Shown piece by piece: positions 50,038 through 60,602 of a DNA stretch of 64,000 nt. The notes beneath the pieces are model-generated. The model did not search any database, was not told the origin of the DNA, and worked only from the letters and a program-made list of their open reading frames with translations. A program made the position numbers and the translations under genes. This DNA is from Planctomycetota bacterium (GTDB lineage Bacteria > Planctomycetota > UBA8108 > SXIK01), in assembly GCA_965223265.1 (NCBI GenBank), contig OZ244999.1, positions 2,368,001-2,432,000 on the forward strand, given 5' to 3'. Positions within the stretch are counted from its first letter, which is position 1; each line of letters begins with the position of its first letter.

Positions 50038-50353
50038 AGGGCCCGTGCCGCGCGAGCTCGGTCCACAGGCGCGCGCGCGTTGTTCGATCGGAGAACCGCG
50101 CTGTGGAGGGCCGTCCCCAGGGCGACGTTTACCGGACGACCGGGGTTTTCAGGCGGCGAAGGAGCGTAGATATGTGCGCTCGGGCGCGGAATCGAGTAAC
50201 ATGACCGCGCGTCGCGCCGGTGTGCGGAACTTCTCGCACCTCTTCGGCAGGCGCACTAACGTGACGCTTCCTTCGCGACGCTCGTTTGCTGGGGAACGCC
50301 ACAACAGCGCGCGGTAACCTGCCGCAGGTCACATGCCGGAGTGTAGCTGATCC

Positions 50354-51772
50354 ATGGCACCATCGTCACCGTCCACGGGGTTGCGAGTTTCACAGCGGGC
50401 CGGCGTCTCGCGCCGTGCGTTTTTACGCGGGCTCGGTACGACCATGGCGCTGCCGTTCCTCGAGACGTTCGCGCCGACGTCCGTCCTTGCCGGCGCTGCG
50501 GCGCGCGCAGTTCCACCGCCACGCCGTTTGGCATTCCTCTACATTCCCAACGGCGTGCAGATTCCCGAGTGGACGCCCACGAGCGAAGGGGCGAACTTTT
50601 CGCTGCCTTACATTTTGGAACCACTCAAGCCCCTCCGAAAAGAGTTTCTCGTTCTCACCGGCCTGACCAATGACAAGGCGCGTGTCAATGGCGACGGGGG
50701 CGGTGCCCACGCCCGGTCGTCGGCGGCTTTTCTGACGGCGGCGCAAGCGGTGAAGACCAACGGTGCCGGGATTCGTCTGGGGCGATCGGTCGACCAATTG
50801 GTGGCGCAGGTCGTCGGCCACGGGACGCGACTGCCGTCTCTCGAGCTCAGCTGCGATCCAGCGAGTCAATCGGGATCGTGCGACTCCGGGTACAGCTGCG
50901 CGTACACGAGCAACATCTCATGGCGCACCGAGACGACGCCGATGCCGCGCGAGATCGACCCGCGCCTTGTGTTCGAGCGGCTTTTTCGCAGCGGAGACGA
51001 CCGTGAGGACGCTCTCAGTCGTGCCCGGCGCCAGCAGGACCGGCGCAGCATCCTCGACTTCGTTTTGGAGCAAGCTCGTGGCGTCGAGCGGCGTGTCAGC
51101 GTCGACGACCGGCGGAAACTCGATGAGTACTTCGCGTCGATTCGCGAGATCGAGCGCCGCATCGACGTGGCAGCGATCCGCGAACCGCGACAGGAGAATG
51201 CGTCCTCGCCCGCGGCGGTTCCACCGGCAGGGGTCCCCGACGACTACCGCGAACACCTTCGCCTTCTCAGCGACATGATGGTCCTGGCGTTTCAAGGCGA
51301 TGTGACGCGTGTTGCGACGCTCATGTACGCCAACGCCGGAAGCAATCGAAGCTTCCGTTTCATCGGTGTGCCGGAAGGGCACCATGAGCTCACCCATCAC
51401 GGCGGCGACCTGAGGAAGCAGGAGAAGATCGCGGAGATCAACCGTTTTCAAATCGAGCAGTTCGCGTACTTGCTCGGTCGACTACAGTCGATTCGCGAAG
51501 GCGACGAAACGCTTCTGGATCACTGTATGATCATGTACGGCAGCGGCATCAGTGATGGAAACAAGCACAACCATGAGGATCTGCCGATCCTCTTGGCTGG
51601 ACGTGGAGGGGGCACGATCGACCCGGGTCGTCACGTTCGCTACCCGACCGAAACGCCGCTGAGTAACCTGTACCTTTCGCTGCTGGAGCGCATGCAGGTG
51701 CCGGTGGAACATTTCGGCGACAGCACACGCCCGCTCGACGGGCTCACCGCCGGATTGCCGCGACGATACTAA
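50354..51772 (+). CDS. DUF1552 domain protein
   Basis: SRRAFLRG..ALPFLE, CDSGYSCAY, HHELTHH, YGSGISDGNKH. Confidence 0.9.
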   Translation: MAPSSPSTGLRVSQRAGVSRRAFLRGLGTTMALPFLETFAPTSVLAGAAARAVPPPRRLAFLYIPNGVQIPEWTPTSEGANFSLPYILEPLKPLRKEFLVLTGLTNDKARVNGDGGGAHARSSAAFLTAAQAVKTNGAGIRLGRSVDQLVAQVVGHGTRLPSLELSCDPASQSGSCDSGYSCAYTSNISWRTETTPMPREIDPRLVFERLFRSGDDREDALSRARRQQDRRSILDFVLEQARGVERRVSVDDRRKLDEYFASIREIERRIDVAAIREPRQENASSPAAVPPAGVPDDYREHLRLLSDMMVLAFQGDVTRVATLMYANAGSNRSFRFIGVPEGHHELTHHGGDLRKQEKIAEINRFQIEQFAYLLGRLQSIREGDETLLDHCMIMYGSGISDGNKHNHEDLPILLAGRGGGTIDPGRHVRYPTETPLSNLYLSLLERMQVPVEHFGDSTRPLDGLTAGLPRRY

Positions 51773-51912
51773 CTCGGATCTCGCCGGAGGACGACGCGAA
51801 CTCCACTGCCGTCGGTTCGTTTCATTCGATTTGGCCGCTCGCTGCAAACCCGCGCGAAGCGCGTCGCTGGATGCTGTGACAGCGCGCCGTCATCAAGTCG
51901 CCGAGCTCGAGA

Positions 51913-54309
51913 TCAGAACTCGTGATACTTTGACAGTTTGAGCACGACTGCTTCGATGCGACGTCGAATCCCGTAGTCGCGACCCATCTGGCTCTGCTCG
52001 AGCAGCTCTTTGTCGGCCAGTCGCTCACGGAGAAACGGAACGGCGCGCAGCGCGTCGATTCCGAGGTTGTTCATGCCTTCGATCGCGGCGAGGCGAACGA
52101 ACGGACTTTCGTGCTTCATCTTTTCGACCAGCAGCGGAAGATCGTGCGGTCCGATCTTTGCGAGCGAAATCCGGGCAGCGTAGCGATCCTCGTCGTCCTC
52201 CATCAAGTTGAACAGCGCCGGGACGGCGGCCTGCGCCGGTGGGCCGATTTCTCCCAGTTCGTAGGCGGCCACACGCCGCACTTCGCGGTCTGCATCCTTG
52301 AGCGCTTTGAGAAGCGGTGGCACGAGCTGGGTGACGTCGTGGATGATGGGGCGGAACGATTCGATGACGAGAATGCGAAAGGCACTTTCCTCGTGATGGA
52401 GAGCGCTTACGAGTTGAGGTACGCACGGCAACGATTTCTCGCCGTGACGCTGGAGCGACAGAAGGGCCTGTCGCCGTACACTTACGGACGCATCGGCGAT
52501 CGCCGCGCCGAGCCCGGCGAGCAGCGGCGGTCCGGGGGCGTTCACCGTTCCGAGCGCGAACGCTGCGCTGGCGCGCACAGTCGGGACCGGATCCTGCAAG
52601 CTCTCCAGGAGAGGCGGCACGATCGCTGCCGTGACCGTATCCGTGGCGACTCCAGCTGCCGCGCCGAGTGCACGACTGGCTTCGCTGCGGATTTGGCTGT
52701 CGGTGTCGCGTAAGGCGTTGACGAGGGCTTGGGTGGCGCGCGCGGCGGTCCGCGGCTGACTCGCGAGTGAGACGGTCGCTGCCCGGCGCACCTGCGTTTC
52801 CGGGTCAGTGAGTGCGCCGACGTAGAGAGAAGTGTGCTCGACGTCGTCTCCTGCGGTCTGGCTCAGCGCGATCGCTGCTGCGGCGCGAACCGCCGCGCTC
52901 GTGTCCGACAGCGCGGCCGCAAGATCGTCGGATCGGTCGCGGGCAGAGGCGCCAAACTCGCCGAGGGTCTCGGCTGCCGCCGCGCGCACGATCGCCGCGT
53001 CATCGTGCAGTAGCGAAGCGATGCGCGCCACGATTCTTGCACGGAGGTCAGCATCGGCACTCTTTCCCATCGCGAGCGCGAGGGAGGCACCCGCGCGAAC
53101 GCCGGGGGAGCGATGATCGAGACTGTCGACGAGGGAAGGTATGGCGTCCGATCCAATCTCGACGAGGGCCGTGACGAGACGGCGCAGGGTCGACTCGCCG
53201 AGTGACGGCGTCGTGAGAGCGCCAAGAATGCTTGGGACTGCGACGACGCCAAACGCGCTGAGTGCCTCGGGAAGCACGAAGTCGCTGTCTGATTCTCCGA
53301 TCCTCACAAGCGCGCCGACCAGTACCGCCGCGGCGTTCGACGAGATTTCGCTCGCACCTCCGACATCGAGTAAGTTCAGAAGATGCGCCGCACGAAGGAC
53401 CGTGGCGACGTCACCACGAGCGACCAGCTGGTTGAGGCCCGCGATTGCGATCGCGGGCGGTCGAACAAGGACCAAGAGTTCACCGGCTGTGTGGCGGACT
53501 GCGGCGTCATCGTCTTGAAGGAGCTGCGTGAGGAGCGGGACTAGTTCGGACGGTGCCAGGCCAATGAGAGCCACCGCTCGCGCCGCGCTGGATCGAACAT
53601 CTGCGCGGCCGTCATGGACAAACTCTTTGACCGTGGACAGTGTTGCGTGTGCTGGTGGACCGATGGCTTGGAGCGCACGGAGAGCGCCCGCGATGGCGTC
53701 GCTTTCCGTGTCCGCCAACACGCCGAGCAGAGGAGACACACTTTGGCCGCCGAACCGTCCGAGCGCGAGGGCCGCTTGGTCGCGCACGGTAGCATCCGTG
53801 TCGCCCAGAAGAGCTATGAGGTGTGGCGTCGACTTGGCGGCCGATACTCCGATCCAGCCGAGTGCCTGCGCCGCGCCGGCGCGGCGGCGCGCGGAGTCCG
53901 AGGTCAACGCTTTGACCAAGGCCGGCATCGAGCTCGGTCCGATCCTGGCGAGCGTGTCGGCTGAGCGATACCTGACCTGAGCTCGATCATGGTCGAGCGC
54001 TTCGACAATCACCGGCACCGCCGCGTGGGCTTTAGGTCCCAGCTCACGGAGAGCTCGCAGTGCGTCGGACCACACCTGCGGATCTCTGTCTGCGAGCGCT
54101 TCGATGAGCGCCGCGATGGCGCGCGGCGTCGAAGTGCGACGAAGCAGCAGTTTTCGCGCTGCATCGCGACGCACCTGAACTTCAGATGACTGAAGATCGG
54201 CGAGCGCTGCGATGACGGTGGCGTCGTCATCGTCACCGGACGCGTGTGCGGGATGCGAAGAGCACAGGCTGAGCGCGGCTATCGTGAAAGCTATGAACGA
54301 TCTATTCAA
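51913..54309 (-). CDS. Secreted HEAT-repeat protein
   Basis: Signal peptide; many LxDxxxxVRxxAAxAL repeats. Confidence 0.88.
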   Translation of the reverse strand: MNRSFIAFTIAALSLCSSHPAHASGDDDDATVIAALADLQSSEVQVRRDAARKLLLRRTSTPRAIAALIEALADRDPQVWSDALRALRELGPKAHAAVPVIVEALDHDRAQVRYRSADTLARIGPSSMPALVKALTSDSARRRAGAAQALGWIGVSAAKSTPHLIALLGDTDATVRDQAALALGRFGGQSVSPLLGVLADTESDAIAGALRALQAIGPPAHATLSTVKEFVHDGRADVRSSAARAVALIGLAPSELVPLLTQLLQDDDAAVRHTAGELLVLVRPPAIAIAGLNQLVARGDVATVLRAAHLLNLLDVGGASEISSNAAAVLVGALVRIGESDSDFVLPEALSAFGVVAVPSILGALTTPSLGESTLRRLVTALVEIGSDAIPSLVDSLDHRSPGVRAGASLALAMGKSADADLRARIVARIASLLHDDAAIVRAAAAETLGEFGASARDRSDDLAAALSDTSAAVRAAAAIALSQTAGDDVEHTSLYVGALTDPETQVRRAATVSLASQPRTAARATQALVNALRDTDSQIRSEASRALGAAAGVATDTVTAAIVPPLLESLQDPVPTVRASAAFALGTVNAPGPPLLAGLGAAIADASVSVRRQALLSLQRHGEKSLPCVPQLVSALHHEESAFRILVIESFRPIIHDVTQLVPPLLKALKDADREVRRVAAYELGEIGPPAQAAVPALFNLMEDDEDRYAARISLAKIGPHDLPLLVEKMKHESPFVRLAAIEGMNNLGIDALRAVPFLRERLADKELLEQSQMGRDYGIRRRIEAVVLKLSKYHEF

Positions 54310-54497
54310 CGTTCTCGTCGCCGGAAACGCAGTCAGTCATCGAAGTCTCGTGGAGTCATTGTATCCCATGATCCTCGAGAAGAGTGCCCCGATCGGCTAT
54401 AACGGGCGTAAAGATGGCTCATGTACGGCACAAGCGCGGACGTGGCACGGAAGGTATTTCGGCTGAATCTCCCGTCGCTGTGCAGCAAGGATAACTT

Positions 54498-57400
54498 TTG
54501 TATGAGCTCGAAACGATGATCGAAGCGGCGGCGACGAACGCCTGCCCCCAGCCTCTCGGCGCTTGTGAACAAGCAGCGAGTTGGCGACCTCGATGTCTGC
54601 GTTCGGCGCGTGCCGGTTCGGCGGCGGTGGCGCTCGGGATTTGCATCGCGAGTCTGTTGTGGGGCACGGCCTCTCTCGTTGCAGACGTTGAGGAACCAAC
54701 TGTGAAGCCGTTGCTGCTTCGCGAGTGGCGTTTCGATCGCGATGGTGCAGGGTGGATCGCCCAGAGGGATTGCCGCCGGACGGTCATCGACGGCATGCTC
54801 TCTGTCGAGTGTACGGGTGACAACGCAGCTCTCGTGGAGCATGTTTCTGCCGCGCCGGGGCTCATGAAGCTCTCGCTGCGCATGCGCGTTGAGTCGGAAC
54901 ACCCAGGTCGCGGACAACTGTTTTGGGTCACTTCGAGCCATCCGCGTCCTTCCACCGCACGATCGACGGTGTTCTCGGTCTTTCGCGGTTTTCAGTGGCA
55001 TGATTACGCGCTCTGGATTCGCCCTGACGAGGCCATCAGCGCGCTTTGGTTCGCGCCGATGAACACACCAGCGCGGGTGGACATCGAACGCATGGCGCTC
55101 GAGCGCGCGGAGTTTCCGGCTGCGCAGGCAACTCCGGTGAGCGATATCGAACTGTTGCCGGGTTTTCGTGCTGAGCTTCTTTACTCAGTTCCCAAGGAAG
55201 AGCACGGCTCGTGGGTGTGCATGGCCTTCGACCCGCGTGGCCGTCTGGTCGCATCGGATCAGTACGGTTCGCTCTATCGCATCACACTTCCGCGCGGCGA
55301 TCGCGCCATTGAGGTCGAAAGGCTGGACGTCGACATCGGTCAGTGCCAGGGAATGCTGTTTGCGTACGACAGTCTCTACGTCACTGTCAACGGTGTCGCG
55401 GCGCAGAGTCGCGGTTTCTATCGTCTCCAGGATACGAGCGGCGACGATCAATTCGACAAGGTCGAGCTCCTCAAAAGTTTCACTCCCGTCCCGCGCGATC
55501 ACAGCGATCATGGTCCCCATGCAATTGCTTTAGGACCGGACGGCATGTTGTACGTGTTGGGAGGAAATAACTGTGCGATTCCAACGGACTCGACACCCAC
55601 GTCACCGCATCGCAACTGGAGAGAGGACCTCCTCATTCCCCGACACACTGATCCCAACGGCCACAACACGCGCTGTTTGGCCCCCGGTGGCTGGGTTTTT
55701 CGCACAGATAGGGACGCACGCGTCTGGGAGTTTGTGGCGGGGGGCTTTCGTAACCCGTACGACATTGCCTTCAATGAGCGGGGGGACTTGTTCACGTTCG
55801 ACTCGGACATGGAGTGGGACGTCGGCTGTCCGTGGTATCGACCGACGCGTGTCAACATGGTCTCGAGTGGTGCCGAGTATGGCTGGCGCAATGGTGCGGG
55901 AAAGTGGCCGCCATACTTTCCAGACAGTCTGCCGGCGATCATCGACATCGGCTTGGGTTGTCCGACCGGAGTCACAACGGGCGTCGGCGCGCGTTTCCCG
56001 GCGAAGTATCAACGTGCGCTGTTCGTGAACGACTGGACCTACGGCAAGATGTACGCCGTCCACTTGGTGCCGACCGGATCAGCGTACACCGCGACGTTTG
56101 AGACGTTTGTCAGCGGAAAACCTTTACCTCTCACAGACGTCGCGGTCGGGCCAGATGGTGCGCTCTACTTTTTGATCGGCGGGCGTCGACTGCAGTCCGG
56201 TCTCTATCGTGTGACCTACTTTGGGCGCGACCCGCCGCAGCGGGCGCTGGCGACTGAAGGGGCCGCGAAGGTCGACGGGACGGCGATCGACGGGAAAGCG
56301 ACGACGACTGACGAGGTCGCTACCAAGAAGGTGGCCGCGGCCCGCCGACTGCGCCGGCGCTTGGAAGCGTACCATGGACGTCACAACGCGAATGCCGTCA
56401 ATGAGGCGTGGGAGCACTTGAACAGCGATGACCCGTTCTTGCGCAGTGCTGCCCGCATCGCGATCGAACATCAGCCAGTGTCTACCTGGCGTGAACGAGC
56501 CCTGGCAGAGATGCGGCCGACTGCCGCGATCCAGGCGCTCGTAGCGCTGGCGAGGAACGGATCTCCAGAGGTGCAAGGACGACTGATCAAGCAGCTGAGC
56601 GCTCTCCCCATCGAACGACTCACAGAAGAACAGGCTCTTGGCATTCTGCGCGCGTACGCTCTCGCCTTCAGCCGTTTGGGACCCCCGGACGATGCCACGG
56701 CGGCTGAAGTCGTCGGTCGTCTCGATCCTCTCTACCCCTCACCGAGCGACCTCTTGAATCGAGAGCTCTGTCGAGTGCTGACGTACTTGCAGGCGCCGAC
56801 CGTGGTCCCCAAGACGATGGCTCTTCTGGAACGGGCGGCGACGCAGGAAGATCAGATGTATTTCGTCTACGCTTTGAGTAGCGCACGAGAGGGTTGGACT
56901 CTTCCGCTGCAGAGAAAGTACTTCAGCTGGTTCCATGTCGCGACTGCGAAGTACACCGGCGGCGTGTCGTTTCAGGGATATGTGAAGAGTATTCAGAAGG
57001 CTGCTGAGGCGCATCTCAGCGATGCGTCGCGAGCTGCTCTCAAGGACGTCTTGGAGGGTGAAGTCACGCTGTCAGTAGTCTCCTCAGATGTCAGTCGACG
57101 CTACGTTCACAACTGGCAGATGGCAGATATTGTCCCTGCACTTGCCGACGTTTCTCATGGGCGGTCTTTCGAAAAAGGAAAAGCTGCGTTTGAGGCGACG
57201 AGGTGTCTTGCATGCCACCGTCTCAACGGTCAAGGAGGGGCGACGGGTCCAGATCTCACCACCGTGGGCAACCGGTTCAGTGACCGCGACGTCCTCGAGT
57301 CGATCTTACATCCCTCGAAGGTGATTGCGGACCAGTATCGGCCAACGCAGTTCGTATTGAACGACGGCAGTGTGCTGGTCGGTAACGTCGAAGAAGAGAG

Positions 57401-57674
57401 CGACGAGAGCTTGGTTCTCAGGGCGCATCCGCTCGCACCGGAGAGTCGTCGATTCAAAAAGTCGAGTGTGGTCACACGCCAGCCCGCGGCGCTTTCCTTG
57501 ATGCCAGCGGGTCTGGTCAGCATCCTCACGAAGGACGAGGTGCTCGACTTGGTCGCCTATGTGCGGGCAGGAGGTAACCCCAAAGCAGCCGCGTTTCAGC
57601 CGCGACCATCGCAAGGTAAGGGGCAGTCATCGGATCCACCTCGTCAGAAGAGTGCGGACTCGGGCACACCGTGA
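54498..57674 (+). CDS. PVC-type heme-binding propeller/dehydrogenase-like protein
   Basis: PGFRAELL, HGPH, GFRNPYD, DSDMEWD, CLACH, GPDLT, SLMP; start uncertain. Confidence 0.85.
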   Translation: MYELETMIEAAATNACPQPLGACEQAASWRPRCLRSARAGSAAVALGICIASLLWGTASLVADVEEPTVKPLLLREWRFDRDGAGWIAQRDCRRTVIDGMLSVECTGDNAALVEHVSAAPGLMKLSLRMRVESEHPGRGQLFWVTSSHPRPSTARSTVFSVFRGFQWHDYALWIRPDEAISALWFAPMNTPARVDIERMALERAEFPAAQATPVSDIELLPGFRAELLYSVPKEEHGSWVCMAFDPRGRLVASDQYGSLYRITLPRGDRAIEVERLDVDIGQCQGMLFAYDSLYVTVNGVAAQSRGFYRLQDTSGDDQFDKVELLKSFTPVPRDHSDHGPHAIALGPDGMLYVLGGNNCAIPTDSTPTSPHRNWREDLLIPRHTDPNGHNTRCLAPGGWVFRTDRDARVWEFVAGGFRNPYDIAFNERGDLFTFDSDMEWDVGCPWYRPTRVNMVSSGAEYGWRNGAGKWPPYFPDSLPAIIDIGLGCPTGVTTGVGARFPAKYQRALFVNDWTYGKMYAVHLVPTGSAYTATFETFVSGKPLPLTDVAVGPDGALYFLIGGRRLQSGLYRVTYFGRDPPQRALATEGAAKVDGTAIDGKATTTDEVATKKVAAARRLRRRLEAYHGRHNANAVNEAWEHLNSDDPFLRSAARIAIEHQPVSTWRERALAEMRPTAAIQALVALARNGSPEVQGRLIKQLSALPIERLTEEQALGILRAYALAFSRLGPPDDATAAEVVGRLDPLYPSPSDLLNRELCRVLTYLQAPTVVPKTMALLERAATQEDQMYFVYALSSAREGWTLPLQRKYFSWFHVATAKYTGGVSFQGYVKSIQKAAEAHLSDASRAALKDVLEGEVTLSVVSSDVSRRYVHNWQMADIVPALADVSHGRSFEKGKAAFEATRCLACHRLNGQGGATGPDLTTVGNRFSDRDVLESILHPSKVIADQYRPTQFVLNDGSVLVGNVEEESDESLVLRAHPLAPESRRFKKSSVVTRQPAALSLMPAGLVSILTKDEVLDLVAYVRAGGNPKAAAFQPRPSQGKGQSSDPPRQKSADSGTP

Positions 57675-57773
57675 GCGGGGCGCCGACGCTGGCAGGATCG
57701 ACCTGAGCGACTTGAACAACTTGAACGATCTGCGACGAGGCATCGGGCACGTGAAAGTTCTTGGAGGCGAACA

Positions 57774-60062
57774 ATGAGAAAGCAGCGCGCGAGCTGGCGG
57801 CGAGGCACCCTGAACGTTGGACAAGTTGCGGGCGTATTCGTCTGTTTTGCTGCGTTTCTCTCGTGCCTCTTGCTCGATTCAGTGGCGGCTCAAGAGCAAG
57901 ACCGTGTAGGCGTGAAGAATTCGACCGACGATGCGGAGATGATCTTGATCCCGGCGGGGACCTTCTTCATGGGAAGCTCGTCGGACGAGGTCGATGCTCA
58001 GTTTCTCGATACGAAGTTGCCGGAGGATTGGAAGAAGTACACTGCCGACGAGCAGCCGCGACACGAACGCGAGGTGCGGGCTTTCTACATCTACAAGTAC
58101 GAAGTGACGAATGCGCAGTACAAGATGTTCGTTGACGCTACGGGGCACCGGTCGCCACCGCACTGGAGTGGAACGACTTACCCAGAAGGTAAAGACAAAC
58201 ACCCGGTGGTGGAGGTGAGCTGGGACGACGCGCAGGCATACTGTCGCTGGGCCGGAACGCGCCTGCCGACCGAGGCCGAGTGGGAGTACGCTGCCCGGGG
58301 CGACGGCGGAGCCGGAGAGGCAAGCCTCGCGTTTCCGTGGGGAGACGCGTGGGATCGAACCGTCTGCAACAACTCGTCGTTTCACGCCGGCAAAGAGATC
58401 ACAAGCGCTGACGACTGGAACGCGTGGTACAAGGGCGTCGAGGCGTCGTCGTTTCCGCTCACAACTCCCGTCGGTCTGTTCTCGAAGTCGGCGAGCCCTT
58501 TTGGAGTCGAGGACATGGCAGGCAACGCGTGGGAGTGGTGTGCGGACATTCAGGCACCCTATCCTGAGCAGCGCGCCAACGACGCGGACAACCAGAAACT
58601 ACGCGCACGGCGCGGCGGATCGTGGGCGAACGTCGCGCTTCACATTCGCAGCGCTGACAGGCAACCTGCAGCGCACGACAACGTGAATCTCTACACCGGG
58701 TTTCGTTGCGTCAAACCAGTCATCGAGCAAGCCGGCGATCTCTTCGTCGAGTTCGTTTTGAATGAAATCGAAGCAGCGCGGCATCAACTGCCGGTGATGA
58801 CGCAAGCCGCAGAGCTCGCGGCGCAGCGCATCGTCGATCGAAAAGGCGAGTTGCTGTCGGCCGGGGATCAGAGTTTTGCATTGGAGCCGGTGTGGCGAGC
58901 CGGTGGGATCGCCTTCGCGCGACAGTACCAACCGGACAAAGAGAGCGCCGGTTTTTCACAGCTGGAATCGACCGGGGATGAAGTCCCGTACTATCGCACG
59001 AAAGAATTCGTCGAACACTTCACTGTGCAGAAGGCTTCGAAGGACGACGTCGTCCTTTTGGGTTTCGAGAACGAGAAGGAGGAGCAGCGTCATCTCACTT
59101 CGACGGTGGAAGAACTCTTGAGCGCCGAGGCGCTTGTCGTGTTCTTTGGCTCGTCGTTGGCAGCCGCAGAGCTGCAGGCAAAGTTCGGGGCGCGCGACAA
59201 CTTAGTCATCGTTTCCCACCATGTCCCGGACGGCGGCATCGTCGAGGTCTCGGGCTGGCCTGAGAAGATCTGTTCCGGTCGAAGCATCGCCAATCGGCTC
59301 TACCTGTGGGCGTTTCAGGCCGAGCTGATCAGCGCCTTCATGCGGCGCGGCAAGATTCCTGGAATCTTGCTTTCGGTGACGTATGAAAGCCCTCAGATCT
59401 GGAATCTCCCGTTGCTCCATTCGTACCGATTCGTACCGGCGTTCGACGTCACGCCAGTGAAGGAAGGCGTTTTCGGAAACACCTACCTCGACCACTTGCG
59501 CCGGATCGTCGGCAGCATCGTGCCAGCGCAGCGTCGTCAGTTTCGCCAGGCGGCGACGTGGCTTGCCGATGCCGTCCGCTCGAAGGCGACCGCTTTCGCA
59601 CTTTTGATCCATGGCCTCGATCCCGAGGGCCTGCCCGGCGACCCAGGGTTCTTCAAGGTCTACAGTGAGGGGAACGCCTACTACCCGCAGCTCGACGGGG
59701 AGATGAAGAAGGGCGATGTGGCACTCTTCGTCGGCTACAACTGGTATCCGCGGCGACTGGCGGAGACGGTCGACCGCGCGGAGGGGAAGCAGATCCTCTG
59801 TTTCACTCTCGTCCAGGACGTGCCGCCCGTGCCGGCGGTCTACGGTGAGGTCGGCGAGCTCTTTCACCCGACGTCGTTCGACCAGGTGCCGCAGGGGGAC
59901 AACCGGATTTACATCGATCTGAAGTTCGCGCAGTACAACGCCGTTCTGAAGATTCCGGACTACCCGATTCCCGCGCTCGAAACATCGTCGTTTGCCGAGG
60001 ACGTGGTCTACTGGCACTTGGTGGCGGATGTCGCCGAAATCCTGGCGAAGGACTCCAAATGA
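57774..60062 (+). CDS. FGE-sulfatase (SUMF1) domain fused to putative tandem SIS-like domains
   Basis: RLPTEAEWEYAARG, DMAGNAWEW, RGGSW, GFRC; C-terminal halves with AAxxxAxxI helices. Confidence 0.75.
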   Translation: MRKQRASWRRGTLNVGQVAGVFVCFAAFLSCLLLDSVAAQEQDRVGVKNSTDDAEMILIPAGTFFMGSSSDEVDAQFLDTKLPEDWKKYTADEQPRHEREVRAFYIYKYEVTNAQYKMFVDATGHRSPPHWSGTTYPEGKDKHPVVEVSWDDAQAYCRWAGTRLPTEAEWEYAARGDGGAGEASLAFPWGDAWDRTVCNNSSFHAGKEITSADDWNAWYKGVEASSFPLTTPVGLFSKSASPFGVEDMAGNAWEWCADIQAPYPEQRANDADNQKLRARRGGSWANVALHIRSADRQPAAHDNVNLYTGFRCVKPVIEQAGDLFVEFVLNEIEAARHQLPVMTQAAELAAQRIVDRKGELLSAGDQSFALEPVWRAGGIAFARQYQPDKESAGFSQLESTGDEVPYYRTKEFVEHFTVQKASKDDVVLLGFENEKEEQRHLTSTVEELLSAEALVVFFGSSLAAAELQAKFGARDNLVIVSHHVPDGGIVEVSGWPEKICSGRSIANRLYLWAFQAELISAFMRRGKIPGILLSVTYESPQIWNLPLLHSYRFVPAFDVTPVKEGVFGNTYLDHLRRIVGSIVPAQRRQFRQAATWLADAVRSKATAFALLIHGLDPEGLPGDPGFFKVYSEGNAYYPQLDGEMKKGDVALFVGYNWYPRRLAETVDRAEGKQILCFTLVQDVPPVPAVYGEVGELFHPTSFDQVPQGDNRIYIDLKFAQYNAVLKIPDYPIPALETSSFAEDVVYWHLVADVAEILAKDSK

Positions 60063-60104
60063 GTTCCGCTGTCCAGTCACACTGGCGCCCGAAACTCATG
60101 TCCG

Positions 60105-60195
60105 GAAGGTAGCAGGCACACTCCTGTGTGCCGTCCGGAGGTGACCGTGGACCCGTGGCCGCGAGTAACAACGGCACGTGTTATTCACAGCCTCA
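60105..60195 (+). repeat. Single REP-like unit
   Basis: GTAGCAGGCACACTCCTGTGTGCCGTCCGGAGGTGACCGTGG, related to 48551-48715. Confidence 0.7.
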
Positions 60196-60602
60196 GGAGT
60201 GCGCTCGCCGCTTCGGTGCACGAAGCGACCAACTGAATCTGCGTGAAGTGCTCGCGCTGCGAGCTCGGCGGCTCGCAAGGGGAACACTGTCAAGAAACGT
60301 GACAGATCGGACAAGCCCTCTCGCTCGCGCCGTTGCCCAAACCACAGCGAAGTGTCAACCGATGACGATGGCTGAAATCGCAGCGACGCCTCTCCGAACT
60401 TGTTTTCCTTACACGGTTCTGTGCGGTGATTTCCACGACTCGCTATAGGCAAGCGCTGCGGTCGCGAGTCGCGTCCGGAGAACCTGCTCGTAAGGCTGTG
60501 CGGCGATTCGGCACGAATCTTGACGCATCCTTCGATGACAGTTCACTCGGGAAGCTCACCTTCCGCTTTTGATTTATATCTCCCACCTTCGAAAGGTTCG
60601 AC

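Noticed and set aside
57698-57735. Four degenerate 9-bp tandem units (CGACTTGAA-like)
   Set aside because: Too short and degenerate to separate from chance
58560-58720. DGR variable region at the end of the FGE domain
   Set aside because: No reverse transcriptase or template repeat seen in the window
60507-60526. Sigma-54 promoter before the PilX-like gene (CGGCACGAATCTTGAC)
   Set aside because: The -12 element reads GA rather than GC; too weak to call
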